From Basidiobolus meristosporus CBS 931.73 (taxonomy: Eukaryota > Fungi > Basidiobolomycota): DNA of 64,000 bases. Each line of letters starts with the position of its first letter. The stretch's first letter is position 1. Shown here one piece after another: positions 9,092 to 22,779 of the stretch. The translations under genes were made by a program, and so were the position numbers. The notes beneath the pieces were generated by a model. The model was given only the letters and a program-made list of their open reading frames with translations, did no database searches and was not told where the DNA came from. The stretch spans positions 1 to 64,000 of the forward strand of contig MCFE01000319.1 in the NCBI GenBank assembly GCA_002104905.1, in the 5' to 3' direction.

Positions 9092-10133
9092 TGTGTAATA
9101 TGGGAGAGAAGGGTGGGATGCTTTTGGTGGGTAGCGTGGATTGAATTTATGGAATACGGTGCTCCTACTTGAAACACTAGACAGGTGGTTTTGTTAGAGA
9201 ATCGAGCAATTTCATGAGGATCATACTACATATTCTGGCTGCATGGATTAATACACCAAAAGTAAGGATTATCAAACCCAAGTGTAATTCAGAATGAGTG
9301 GGCTTGAAGATCCATGGAGATAATCTGATATCTACTTGATACAAATGCGTATATTATAGCTGATATACCTGTGTAGACTGTGTCGTTTGTTATGGCTGTT
9401 TGACTCATGAAATACTTGTGAGCCCTGATTTGAGATACTTCCAAACAAATGGACTTACGCTGTTTCACAAGGGCATTTGCAGTTGAAATCTAGGTATGCG
9501 AGAGCTGCATACTGGTACATTGGCTAGGGTGGATGTTTGTGGAAGATCTTGCTACTGCAAGAAGCTGCCTCAAAGCCGTGTGGTATATCGGATACTACCT
9601 AATGTTGATTGGTCCCCCAAACCTATACAGGCCCCTCGATAGAACTGAAAAGGAGCTGTGAGCGACTCGAGATCCCCTTACTACATAGACGCTTCAAAGG
9701 TATCCCTATTGCATCAGCTTCAAGCAATACTGGTACTTGGGGGTCTTGAAGATTCAGTTTTGTGTGGCCAATGAAACAAGCATACGTTTTTGAGGTGACA
9801 AAATTTACAGAGCGATTTCTCTTGCCAAAAACTAGCATGTCAGGTCCCACATGTTTCAACGTTGCAATACGATCTTTGTGTCAGCGCCTTTGCTATCTAG
9901 CTACAAATTGCCTTGTAGGCTACTCCACCAAGACCCTATCATTGGCGGATCAGCTGATTTGGAGCCAAGCACGGTAATCTTGAATCATTTTGTTTATACT
10001 TAATACGATATATTCGTTGGTCAAATTGTCGGTGAAAATTGCAAAATAAACAAACAAACTGGAGCTTTTGATGAAGTGAGGAGGTTTTTGGTTTGTCTAG
10101 CAAGAAATAGAGCGGAAGATACTTGTATAGACC

Positions 10134-12484
10134 ATGAAAGCTAAACTAATACAGATCCACTGGCATGAGACAAAACCCATCTATTCTATTGATTTTGAAA
10201 CAGGCCCCAAGAGCCGCCTTGCTACGGCTGGAGGTGATACTAACGTTCGGGTAAACGATTGAGTTTTAACACAAACAGCTCCTGCCTTTGATTGTTCATA
10301 TACCAAACTCTCTTCTCTGTACCAACACAGATATGGAAACTTGTAGCTGAAAGTGGTAAACCTCCCGAAGTGGAATTCCTATCAAGTCTTAGTCGCCATA
10401 GTGCAGCAGTGAATGTGGTTAGATTTTGTCCAACAGGTGAACCAATAAAACGCTTCCCCTTGTCAGCCTAGCAGTGACTTATTCGGGATTACTTTTAGAG
10501 GAGATTTTGGCCTCAGCTGGAGATGGTATTGTCTCCTTTTCCTGGTTCTCTGCTACTTATCCGAGGCTCACCTTTATTCATTTAAATAGACGGCAGCGTC
10601 ATTTTGTGGAAACCTACAGAAGACAAACCCTGCGCAGGAAACGCTTTTGTTGATAACGAGGACGGGGCGTATGAAAAGGAGAAATGGAAGGTCTTCTCTA
10701 TTCTTCGGTAAGCCGTGCTCTGTCCACTTGTTATTTTGAAGGATTGCCTAGGCTGATGACACAGTGTCGACTGATTTAGCGGCTCTTTGTCCGATATATA
10801 TGATCTTGCCTGGTCCCCAGACGGGAAAAAAATCATTACGGGCTCTATCGATAACACAGCGCGGATTTGGGATGTAAAAGAAGGTATACAACCAAGTAGT
10901 CAAGCATCGAAGCTCACTCGCTAAACTAGCAGCTCCCTCATCTCAGGAAAGTGCCTTCATGTATTCGCCGACCACAATCACTACGTTCAAGGAGTGGCTT
11001 GGGACCCTTTAGGACAATACATTGTGACACAAAGCAGCGACCGGTCAGTTCAACCATTCATGAGCTTAATTGCGAGGACCTGCTGTCGAGTCTAACGCAC
11101 AATCCATCGATTTAGCTCAGTCCATATACATTCCTACAGAACTAAAGGGAATGGGCAATTGGTCACCACATCCATCAACAAAAATCTAAAACTCCGAGAG
11201 CCAAAAACCCTAGACGACCCCTCTGAGTCTGCTCCAAGCCCGTACCCACCCAGTGCCAAGCCTCCAAAATCAAGTTATATATATCATAGCGAGATGCTCA
11301 AGACCTTCTTTAGAAGGCTAAGCTTCACGCCCGATGGAACCCTACTTTTAACCCCAGCTGGTATCTACCACAAACTCAATGGAAACTCCTCAGAAACTGA
11401 GACCGAAGTGCTAAATACCACATATGTGTTTACTAGAGCAGGCCTTAGTCGGTAAGTTTCAGCTGCGACCCTGCTCCTTCTATGTAGAATTAACCTTGCT
11501 TCAAGGCCTCCAGTTTTGCACCTTCCGGGTCACAAAAGAGCCACTCTTGCCATTAGGTGCAGCCCAGTAGTGTATCAGTTGGTAGAAAACGAGTCACAAA
11601 CCTCGCCAGTCGTGGATCTGCCATATAGGATTGTATATGCCGTTGCCTCTCAAGATTCAGTTTTAGTTTATGACACTCAGCATCAGTACCCTATTGCCAT
11701 GGTGTCAAATCTGCATTATGCCACCCTAACTGACATCGCCTGGTTAGTAAAGCGTTACAGAATTTTCACATTTTCCAAACTGGGCATTGATCACATTGTC
11801 TAGGTCGTCTGATGGAAATACATTGATGATGGCATCGGAGGATGGCTTTTGCTCGATGATCAATTTTGAACCTCATGAATTAGGAGAGCCATATCAAGGA
11901 GAGTCGCTGCAGCAAATCATCGAGGTTTGTTTATACTCCACAATATTTCCAGCTGCCCCTCCATTGACAATCCTACTATTGCACCCAAGCAAAATAAGCT
12001 AAGATTCATCGAAGGAACCGTTCCAATCAAGAAACCATTGAAGCCTTCTGGTAAGCCATTGAAATATATCAGATAAGCATGCAACAACAAACTTTATTCA
12101 CCGCAAGTCCCTTTAGATGAAAAACCCCTCCCACCTGTCACAATCGCTACACCAGCGCCACAACAGACAACATATGGCTTGGATTCTGCGGAACCCAAGA
12201 GAAAGAAAGCCCGCATTGAATTCGCTTCGGAAACTCTCCCTGCCGAGCTGCCCACCAACCCCAAGGCGACTATGGTGCCAACTGTCGACTCTCCAACAAC
12301 CAACCACACAATGAAGAGAAAACGGATCTCACCCACTTTGGTGGCTCCTCTTGACCATAATGTTGTACCAGAATTTACAACAGCTACTACACAAGATGAA
12401 CCGGTAAATACTCAGGCTACTACGAACTCCGCAAAGCCCAGAAAACGCATAGCTCCTACTCTCGTGTCGTCAAGCATTGATTGA
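10134..12484 (+). CDS. CAC2: Chromatin assembly factor 1 subunit B (WD40), multi-exon
   Basis: Spliced translation gives [21 protein letters not shown]...[72 protein letters not shown] and [20 protein letters not shown]. The C-terminus has KRI.PTLV motifs. Confidence 0.92.
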
Positions 12485-12844
12485 TCTCCACCGGGACTGA
12501 GACCTTCGCTCAATTTACGTAGGAAGTCGACTCAATTCCGCAAGGACATGGTTCGCCTTGGAGAGGAAGCTGATGAATTGCTATACCAGATGGACATGGG
12601 TTTTTATTCATTGTGCTTGTGTCATTAGGCAGTGAATCGACAAATTGCATGAATAAACAAAATGTTGAATTGGCATTCATGATCCAAGGAGAACAATGGC
12701 ACGAAGAATGTAAACATCAATGGTTAACGCTGTGGGACTCGCATGACTGTCTATAAATAATGCCATCAAAAAGTACGTGACGAGCAGCTTTTCTTCGGAA
12801 ACAACCGGCATCAACATCACTGCCAACAACCCTTAGCGAAGGCC

Positions 12845-14336
12845 TTAATAATCCGCTGCCCAGCCATTTCTGGACAATCGCAGTCTACATGTTAGCAACA
12901 TTATCATATCTTAATATTGGCCAGTATGCTGGATCCTTACTTCTGTAGGAATTCCTCGGCCGCCTCTCGTAGTGCCAGATTTGGGACAAGGTCTTTCTCA
13001 GTTACCGCGACCCTTGATAACGGATCGAAGTGGCCGACACGGTTCAGATGCTCCATCAACTCTCTGGCGGTGGGCATTAATAATCGGCTTTGTATACTGC
13101 ACACTCCATCTACTTACGTTCGCTCATATCTATACAGAGACATTTAACATACGCAGATGTGCAATAGTGATCAAGGAGGCTTACGTAATTCCCGATGGCG
13201 TGATCACCGGATCTTGGAAAATATTAAAGCTAATCTAGAACAATTCTTTCTGGTCAGTTTGACTGCAGGAATACTTCAATGCCAGTGGTCTAATCACCTT
13301 GTCCACCAAATAATCGGGAACTTCACGCTTTTTGAGATTCTCGTCCGATTGCGCGAACAGTTGCTCTAATCGAGAAATCTTCTCGTCCTGAAACAAAAGA
13401 GGGTGCGGCTGATAAGGTTGAGCAGGTGATGCGGAAGAGACACTTGGTTCTTACAAACTCGTATTCAATAACAGACCGCATCTCTTCGTCTAATGTCCCT
13501 TCAATGTCACAGCGATTTTTTTCCCTTGAATTGATGCCATTCTGTTCAATGACCTGGCTGGTACTAAGAGTAATCAAACATTTCGAACCTGTCCCTATCA
13601 TTGTAAATAAGGTCTTTTAAGTAGCTCAACAGGTCGTTCTCCTGACGTTTACGCCGGTTTTCTGTGTATTCCCATCGTTTCTTACGAGCAACTAGCAGAT
13701 TTCTGGCTATGTCTTGAGCACTCTTGGTGCGTTGTTCGATTGAGAGCTCATATGCTTCAGGATAACATGGTTAGAAGGAAGAATCATCATATCCATTCGC
13801 TCCATATCTATTCTCACCTTTCTTAAGTAAGGATATGGCCTCGTTATGTCTTTGATCTTTTTCGATCAGTGCCTGTCCATACTACCCCCAACATAGATAT
13901 ATCAGTTCATGATACACAGCTATAGATCGACATGGTTTAGTCTTACGAAATAATATCCCTTTACTGTTGAAATGAAAGGGATAAATACATCATTCAAGGT
14001 GTCCGACATCCCACGTGTCTCCATGCAGAAGTAATAAAGCTAAATACCTGAATATGGATCCAACTCGATGGCTTTCTCACAATCTCCGATCACTGAATCC
14101 CATTTCTTCAACTTCATGTAAGTCAGCGCTCGATTAGTGTAATAGATCGCCGTGCCAGGGGATTTGATCTACAGTTTTACCCGGACGAAGTAAGAGTCAG
14201 CAAGTATTCAGCGGCCTGTGGAACTAGGGAGCCAAGAAGAATACTTTACTATGGCTTTGGTGTACTCTTGGATGGCTTCCTCGTATTTCTCTTGGGTGTA
14301 CAAGGCATTTCCGCGAACTTTGTGAAGCTCAGCCAT
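12845..14336 (-). CDS. STUB1: CHIP/STUB1 TPR + U-box E3 ubiquitin ligase, multi-exon
   Basis: N-terminus MAELHKVRGNALYTQEKYEEAIQEYTKAI, then TPR IYYTNRALTYMKLKKWDSVIGDCEKAIELDP. U-box EVPDYLVDK/ISFNIFQDPVITPSGIT/YER...HFDPLSR...LVPNLALREAAEEFL. Ends NGWAADY*. Confidence 0.92.
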
Positions 14337-15509
14337 CTGTCAAAACGAGGAAAAGGACTCTAGGATAGGATGAAATGTAGAAAGGTGATGGTACTGGTCC
14401 TAGGGGAAATTATGTCTTATATGTAATGGTTGGATACTGCTTATTTCAGCTAATGCTGCGAGATATGACTAACTACTGAAACTTCCACCGGAATTAATTT
14501 TACGATCAATCTTAGTTAAGATGTTCTGGATTACCTCGGTTTATTTAGGGATGAGCCAACAGTTGTGCTTGCTCATCTTCGATAGCAAGAGTGCGAATAG
14601 ATTGGATCTATCACGTCAAAAGGCACATATTTATGCATCATAGCGATGGTACTATAACACCTCATGGCAGCAACAAAGGCCAGATCTCTATCCAGCTTGA
14701 TTTATTTCTTGAATATTGGAAACTATCATCTGATTGAGTGTGAATTGGGAGTGGAGAATTGGAGCCATGAAAAATTGAACAAAGTGAAATAGACACAGAC
14801 TCACTTTGGGTTTCCCAGGCCATAACACACTACAGCTAAAGCTTGTATAGGTGCCATCAGGATTTTACACTCTAATTGGCCACCAGGGCCAAGGGTGAAC
14901 TGTAGGATAACACAGAGAGGTCATGTGTGAGGCATCGATATCGGCTGCTTGAAAATGATGTGGATGCAGTGTGTAATAGTGTATACAGAGCATGTAGAGC
15001 TAGGCAAACAACAGTTGGGTGGCGAAATCATCCGTCATAATCCATTTGCAGTAAGCATGGTGAGGAAAAGATTGATGAAAACGAGAAGTGGACTAAATCA
15101 CTTGGTAATTTCAGAAAGAAGCTCCATCAAGCTTGGATTTCGAAGGAATCAAGTACATCGTTTCGAACACGATATATTTCATGAATGAGGCTATGGTAGC
15201 AGATCAAGATACAATGGATACCGATAGAAGCGCACTTGATGAAATGAGGCCTCTATATACACAAGCAGCCAACTTCAAAGCGGGAAACGGAACAGGACAA
15301 GGTGAACATGAGCAACCATCAACTGACCAATAAATAACTAACAGCAACAATAGCAACAACAACAATGGCGTAACTGACCGTAGAGAAAAATAATAAACAA
15401 ATCTATATCGACATGGAATATTAGAAGTGGAAGGGGAGTAGTGCTAAGGGGGATGGTTTTAGCATTAAGCTATATGGACAACTACCTGCGTGAGCGGAGA
15501 GTGACAAGA

Positions 15510-17886
15510 TCAGAGGATACTATCCAAAAATGTACCCTCAACGTCTTGCTTATTGATGTCATAATCAATGTCTTCTATGAATGCATTAATATTACTAACA
15601 TCAGCCAAACTTAAATCTTCAATATTCTCCTCGACTCTATAATCTTCGGATTGGCTGCGGTTTGGTTTGCTCTTGGCGGAGCGGCGAGGATTCGCCGAAT
15701 CGTCCAATGCAGTGTGACTCTTGAGCTGCTTTGACTGAAGTCCTAGTATCTGGTTGAGTTGATGGCCAACACCAGAAAAAAAGCTTTTGCTGGTAGGATG
15801 TAGGCAACGAGGGGCAATCCCAATATTTGCAACATAGTTGTCACGGGGCTTCAGGCTGGCGGCTCTGGTGCGGATAAACTTATGCAGCCTTGTAGAGACC
15901 TGATCAGGATTGAAGACTGCAATGTGTGGTGGTAATTGTGCGGGAAAGTAGCTTGGCAAATCATAATCCAGAAAAGGGCCCAGTTTCTGCTGCAAAGAGC
16001 AAGTAGCAGCCAGAGCACGTGCTCTTTGAAGAGGAATCCAGGTTCCAAAGAGTGGACTCTCTTGGCGACGGATGCGCATTCTTCGTATCTCCAAGCTCAA
16101 CACTATCGCCTGTTCTTTCTCACTCTCCATCCCACCGGCAGTCAGCAAAGTGGTTGCATTCACATAACCAGAGTCATAGCGACGAAGTAATCGATAGGTG
16201 TTGCTGAAACCCTCAGCAGGGCCGACAGTAATTACATAAAAAGGGAGCGATTCCACCATGGTAATGAAGATCTGAGGAGAGAGGTGGAACATAGATGGGA
16301 TGAGCGTGTTCGGGTTGTATTCGCTGCTGTGAGCAGCTCGACCTTTGCTCTTTGGCACTCGAGCACCGGCCTTCGGGGGATTGATGGTGGCCTGTGGCTG
16401 AAAAAGTTTCTCCGCAGTCAACCTCGCTAGACTCTCCTTCCGTTCGTCCAAGGTAAGATTGGAGTAGACCTTTTCATCCTCCTCGTCAAGGTACAAGAAA
16501 GATGATACTTGATCTTCAATACATGGAACCACATTTCCGTCGGTCTCTTCACTTGAAACTCTCTCCTGCAGCTTCACTTTAGAAAACGTGGAGTTGCATT
16601 TGGCTACATCCGAGGTGGTATTATCTCGGGGCTTCTTGACGCATTGGGTAACCGTTGTGTCCGATTTGGAAATATCATCCACACAAATTCCCACAAGTTT
16701 ATCCAATTCAGGGATCACTATGTCATCGGAGAGAAGGGTACTTGGCTTGGATTCCCCACGATCAGGGTGGGAGGCTGTCATACTGTGTGAGCTCAGAGTG
16801 TCCCAAGGATCTGCAAAGCTGTCTTCATACGTGGATGATTGACTGGTAAAAATACTTTCAAGCATGCTAGAATCTCTTCTAGGCGACGACTCCGGAGTGA
16901 GCAAAGGGGAGGTGGTGCTAGTTCCACTCTCGGTACTGCTATGCGACGAATCCGAGTGGAAATCGTGGTCACATAGTGGAACATACAGCTCATTGCCATG
17001 CTTGTACGCTGACGGTGAGGTCGCCTCGATATCCAATCGCACCATGTCCTCCGCGACAAACAGCTTGTCTATCCCGCCCTCACTATCAATAGACTCGACC
17101 AAGGACTCGAATTCCAAATCAGAGTGGTCATCGTTTGATGCATCACTATCGTACATCTCGCTGGAGCCTTTGGAAGCTTTATCGCGTGAAGAGGCTTCGT
17201 ATGAAATGGGAACAATGGTGTCAAACCCAAAGGTGTCAGGACACTCATCAAAGCCCTCCATTGTAAACGACTGTGCATCATCGGAAAGCAAATCGTCAAG
17301 CGGTAGGGAAGAGATCCTCTCCTCCCGCGAACAGGCCTTTAGCTTCTTGCGCGGGGCATCTGCAACCAGAGACGATCTCTTGGTAGACAGCGGAGGGTGA
17401 GATGCACGGCGCAGAGAATATCTAGAACCGTCTGGCGTCTCGTGGACCTGAATCTTCAACAAAGGCATGGTGACCGAATAGCATTCTTGATCCCCGTTGA
17501 AGTATTTGCTCAAGCATCCAGAAACGGCAATGCATATGCTGGTTTCACTAGATTCATGATTGAATGTTAGCACGAATCATCGTAAAAATACTTAATGGAT
17601 ATCAACCAAAAACCAAACGATCGCTCAAACCAGAAGCCATGTTTACAACAAGTGTACAATGAAGTGCTTACCAGAGCGTAGCAAGCTTGTATTTTACAAT
17701 ACAATCCGCTATTTCCCGGGAACAACTTGGCCGATTCTTTAATAGGACCAGTGCTTTCAAAATAGCAGTGAAGAGGGCATCTTCATGGCCGAAGTTTCCA
17801 CGGAATCCTGAGGGGGATTTGTTGATATGAGGGAGCTGGCCTAGCTCGGAGGAATGGGCCAAACCTTGAAGTGCTAGCTCAGGCAT
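15510..17886 (-). CDS. Putative transcription regulator: N-terminal winged-helix (GDS1/HARE-HTH-like) + acidic Ser-rich region + KilA-N/APSES-like domain
   Basis: An upstream exon encodes EDALFTAILKALVLLKNRPSCSREIADCIVKYKLATL and splices (GT..GCTAAC..TAG) into ORF 15510..17573. That ORF contains LLRRYDSGYVNATTLLTAGG...GTWIPLQRARALA (KilA-N/APSES pattern). The start codon (MPELALQG at 17886) is uncertain. Confidence 0.75.
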
Positions 17887-20800
17887 GAACGAGGAAAGGT
17901 AGCATGCAATATGTGGAGATACGGACGAATGAACTAGTGTGCAATCCTGTTGCACAGATTCTGAAGTAGCGGAGTGAAGGGAGAATGTGTATGGATGCTA
18001 TTAAGCAGATGCCCAACCAAAGTGTCAGTTGAAAAGCAAGAAACAGAAGATAAGCAAACAGGCCATCGCGCCAACCCGCCATTATTTATTCAATGTCCCT
18101 TTGTTGGGAAATTTTGGTTTTACCAATAAAAGTTAAGTAATCTTAATTGGAAGTTAGAGTACAGGTGGCCGAGGACCAAAAGGATCTTATTTGATCCAAG
18201 TATAGAGATGTTCATTGGCTTTCACGAGCGATCATATCATTGGAGTATCTGGTGCATTTTCCGACCCTCACTTGGAAAAGGATCCAAATGGAAATGCGAT
18301 GGCGGTTTATGGGGGGATTGTAAGAACAGGTATGATTAATATGACCTCAATCTTCGATAATTTCCATCACTTCCAGATTACAATCGTTTACCACATTTGC
18401 ACCGGTTTCACTCCATTGAATAATTAAAAAGTCCATCAGTGGAAACGGGGAAATGATATCCAAATACCTACACAACCTTTCCAGCACTGAGTTTCGATTG
18501 CAATTTCGGAAAGATTTGGCCGAAACCACCCTATTAGAACGTCAAAATCCACTTGAGGTTGAGAAAATGCACGAGGACCCATCTGCGGCACTGTACTCCG
18601 AAAACCCGCTGTGCTTTTCCTTTACCGTCCATGCACACAAAAAGAACAATCATATCTTGCGCATCTCCTGATCCCTGTAAGATTTATCTCATTGCTTGAT
18701 CCATCGGTAGTTGACCAATGCTGCCCCACACCAGGTGATACCAGCTAGTCTTTTTTTCAGATTACCCCCATGCCATTGGCCAGCCGTAGTAATATAGAGT
18801 TGCGGCTATAGCAATATATTTTCCCCAGATCGCAGATCGAGGGAATCTTAGCTAGACTGTTATTTAACTCAATCTACATGAAACTTGCGGAGATCATCGT
18901 AAGGTAGGTATGGGAGGTGGGATACCCTCCATGAGCACCATTGGTAGTGTTTAGGAGGTAGAGTCCAATCAGTAGCCTGAATGATGCCGCGGCTCAATTG
19001 TTTGAGGAAAATGGACAAGTAGCATGGAAGGTGGGCTCCGAGCCAACAGATCATCTATGTGACATAGCACCGAGCAGAGGTTGATTTCCAAAATTTGCTC
19101 AGCTTGAGTAACGTTTTACTTGCCAAAACACTCGAGATGGCTCTCGGACAAGCAAACCATCGTTGGCGGTGTATTTGGTTTTCACCATCTGGTTGTACGA
19201 GAGTGGGATTATTGGGACCACATTGCCCCGAGAACACACGCACACTTAGAACACCCACCTTCGACTCCGATACGATCAATTCGTGCCCAACATAATAGGC
19301 ACAGGCAACCAACGCACCTCTTGTTTTGATTGATCCGAACCCACCCATCTTATTGACGGAGCCAATTTTGTCAAAGCACCATTCGGCTATCATAAATAGT
19401 AAGTATAAATCACCCCACCAACGAGGTGTTGGGTACCCAAGCCAGCCAATCAAAGGCCAACCATTATCGGAACCACTACTTCGTTCTCAGGAAAAATAAG
19501 TCCATCAGTTATTCGTGTTCCAAAGAGCTCTCCTGGAGAGGAGGGCCAGGCTGCTACGACAGGTACTCATGCAGTACCTTTCAAGTCAGCAGTACAGTCA
19601 CCACACTGTACCTTCATATCCATACCTGTAGTGAAGGGATGTGTGTTCAGCCGGTATTTAGGCATGATTGCAAAGCATAGCGCACTCTGCAACAAATCGG
19701 ATGAATAAGGGATGACAAGCAACCAAGGGATCATTGATAAAACAATTATGTGGAGGATGTTCCGCTTTCTGGTTAACAAAACATCTGGTCTTGCATTATC
19801 CTTGACAATTCTGAAGGCAAGCCTAAGCACCAAAATTGTCCATTAGTGAATGTGCAGTAGCACACAGTAAAGGGCACTTCTAGGCACGAATCGATGCTAC
19901 ATGATAAATGAGTATTCTGTTACATTCTACAGCTCAAGTCAAGTGTTAAACCGGTTTTCCCATCACTGATTTTTGGTTAAAGTGAACTTGTAAACAAATA
20001 TACTCAAACCAGTTAGTGTGTTACTATGCATACCATCCAAAAGGGCGGTTTCGTGTCTACATCCATAATGGTCTGTTTTTTTCATTGCGCATGTACCCAA
20101 AATGGCACCTCTAATTCCATTTGACCTGCTGGTAATACGGAGAATTATATGTGGTAAAATAGGATTCTTAACCTGGAGTGAAGCCGCAGCAACGAGAAAT
20201 GAATGGGATGAATGCACATACCGCAGTCAGTGAAACTCTAGAAAAGGAAATTGACAATTAATATTTGAAATGAGCTCTCCACTCTTATGCTTGTTTGAGG
20301 CTGCTTCTCAATCGCTATTCGGTGGAATACCTTCCCCGCTAAAACTAAAAACGCATAGGAATATATTGATGGTAATGTGAGCACACGATGATTGGGTGCT
20401 GATGAGTTATTTATTGAGCTCGCTCTTCTAGGAAAATCGCCATTCCCAATTAATATCTGAGCATAGTGATGAGGACTCGACGTCTTACTACGTCATTACG
20501 GTTAATGGGCCATGGATATATGTCTTATTTGTTGCGGTTAGATCTCGGTAGTTTCCGTGGAACTCGGTCCAAATTTGCACCAGCCCAGTTTATATATATG
20601 TCCACTAACATACGCAACATTTCAAGAATGAGGCTATTCAGGATTATTTTATGACTGAGGGCAGGTAATCTATTGGTGATATGGCTTTTCTGATTTTCCG
20701 TCATTGGCTTCTTGTCTGTTACAGTTTAAGATATTGGACGTATCAGGGTACATGGGATACCAGAATCTTCGGCGGGCGACTCACGTAATCACATTTCAAA

Positions 20801-21669
20801 TCAAGCTCAGATGGCTGTCATGGTTTTCGAAATAGCATTAGATATAGCAACGCCAGACTAAAAAGTGATGTATCACTGTCACTCAACAAAGCGAGCTTCA
20901 CGAGGGCTGGTGGCCAGGTGGCTATTTGCAAGTTACCAGATTGAAAACAAAGCATGTTGTGATGATCAAGAAAGTTTCACAGATGCAAGGCACTTGTATC
21001 CAGGTCTTGTATTGTGCTCATAAGATCATTTGCTACTCAATCACGCTGGCTACCTGTACACAACATTCTTCTGTCTGGATCATGTTTCACCTCAAGCCAG
21101 TTTCCAAATGATTGTGAGTGTGAGACTGAATGTGGGATAGCCATGATAATAGGCACAACCGAGAAGGATATTAGAGCCACTCCCCACAATTATTTAAAAG
21201 CCGGCTGTAGGGTTATCAACGTATTACTATCTCAGGCCAATCCTGAGTTGTGTGTTCTATTGAAGCAAATCACAAGTGGTAGTAGATTAACGCAGCTGAA
21301 AGTACATATTCACTTAGTAAGGTATTGTAATGAATGTTGGAACATGGCTATCTCGGTCATTTGCTAAGGATGCCAAGTGAGATTCGTTAGCTAATCCGGG
21401 TTTTGTAGGATTTGCAAGGTGGTTGATTGAAACTCACCGTTTACAAAGCAGTCTGTCATACTGAAGTTATTAGATCTAAACTAAACTTGATAATGATTTA
21501 TTTTACCAAGCTCAAATAGACTTGGAAATCACTATACATTGCCTCGCGTTATACGTGGTTGGCGATTTAATAACGCAGTAAAGAAATGTATATGACATGC
21601 ACTGGGAGGTTTTGATGAAGCGAGGATACATATATACAGTGAATATCTGTGGCAATCATAAATGGTTGC

Positions 21670-22483
21670 TTATTTCTCCTCAGAGGGTTGTTGATACAGG
21701 TTTTTCATTGCTTCCATAACCATGGCGTTACATAGTTTCGCATATGGGTTTTCCCTGACAGCTGCATCACGAGCGATAGTATTTCCATAATGTGCGCCTT
21801 TTTCGAAATCAAGTCTAGCTCCTTCTTGGTCACCTTTCGCTTTCTTGATGATAGCACGTTGGGTGTATGCCTATTTTAAGCACCTTTAGCTATATATTCT
21901 ACAAAGGAATGTTGCTATACCTACTTGTTTCAGTACAGATGAATCTCCGTTTGCTGTTTCGATGGCTTTCTCCAGATCTTCTAAGGCACCAGAGGTGTCC
22001 TGAGTCAATCGTCTCGCTTGTGCTCTATGAAATTTACAACGGTCAGTCACTGCTAACGTTTAAAATGAGATCGTAGGCTTACCTATTGTTATACGCAGAA
22101 GAATACTGTGGGTTTTCGTCGAGAATCTCACTCAGCTTCTTGATAGCTTCATCTAAATTTCCATTTTCAGCAAACTTAACTGCTTCGACTTCCATTTGCT
22201 TCAGCTTAGAGAGAAGCTCAGCGGGAATGTTGTCTATGGTATATTAGAATCGGCGACCAGTAAAAAAAACAATACGAACTTACCAGTGTATGAACCCTCT
22301 TTGGCAGTGGCAGCTGCTTCGGGGTTGAATGGGACACCCTCTACATACATTGTTGCTGTGGTTGGTATATTTCTCTAAATTCTCAAGGAAAATTGCTATA
22401 CCTGGATTGAAGACTCGGTCGAGAACTTGTCTATCGTGCTCGGAGATTTGGTCGATATCGTTCAAAGTAGGCTTTTTGATCAT
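21670..22483 (-). CDS. TTC36: Tetratricopeptide repeat protein 36 homolog, 5 exons
   Basis: Spliced translation: MIKKPTLNDIDQISEHDRQVLDRVFNP...EVEAVKFAENGNLDEAIKKLSEILDENPQYSSAYNNR/AQARRL...ALEDLEKAI.../AYTQRAII...ARLDFEKGAHYGN...NPYAKLCNAMV. The VL..IFNP and NPYA.LCN.M signatures are characteristic of TTC36. Confidence 0.85.
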
Positions 22484-22779
22484 TGTATGGTCAGATGCAG
22501 GAAGATGACTATGCGTTGGTCATGAAGGAAACGTATAGCCAGTTTTATACTCACACAGATATGCCTCTTATTGGATATGTGTCTGTACAAATCGTCACTC
22601 CTGATATGTTTTACCCACGGTATGGTGTACAGTCAGTCACAAGATCTATGGATTTCTAGGGTTGTTCCCCAAATAAGATTCTTTTTCACATATGCTAAAA
22701 AGTATGGGTTAGGCAACTGCCAAAGTTTTAAACGATAATTCATGCTTACTGTTGTCAAGAGCATATAAAATTGACCTAG

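Noticed and set aside
15133-15333. 66-aa ORF MDFEGIKYIV…
   Set aside because: Short, with no motif and no clear splice partners; cannot be supported.
19567-19860. DNARP…PYSSDL and LMDNFGA, resembling Tc1/mariner or pogo DDE motifs
   Set aside because: The spacing is 4 aa longer than in mariner, no first Asp region or TIRs were found, and the two motifs are in different frames. At most a very old relic.
12845-22483. CHIP and TTC36 (both Hsp70-binding TPR proteins) as a functional cluster
   Set aside because: They are 7 kb apart with an unrelated gene between them. Co-location of two housekeeping genes is easily chance.
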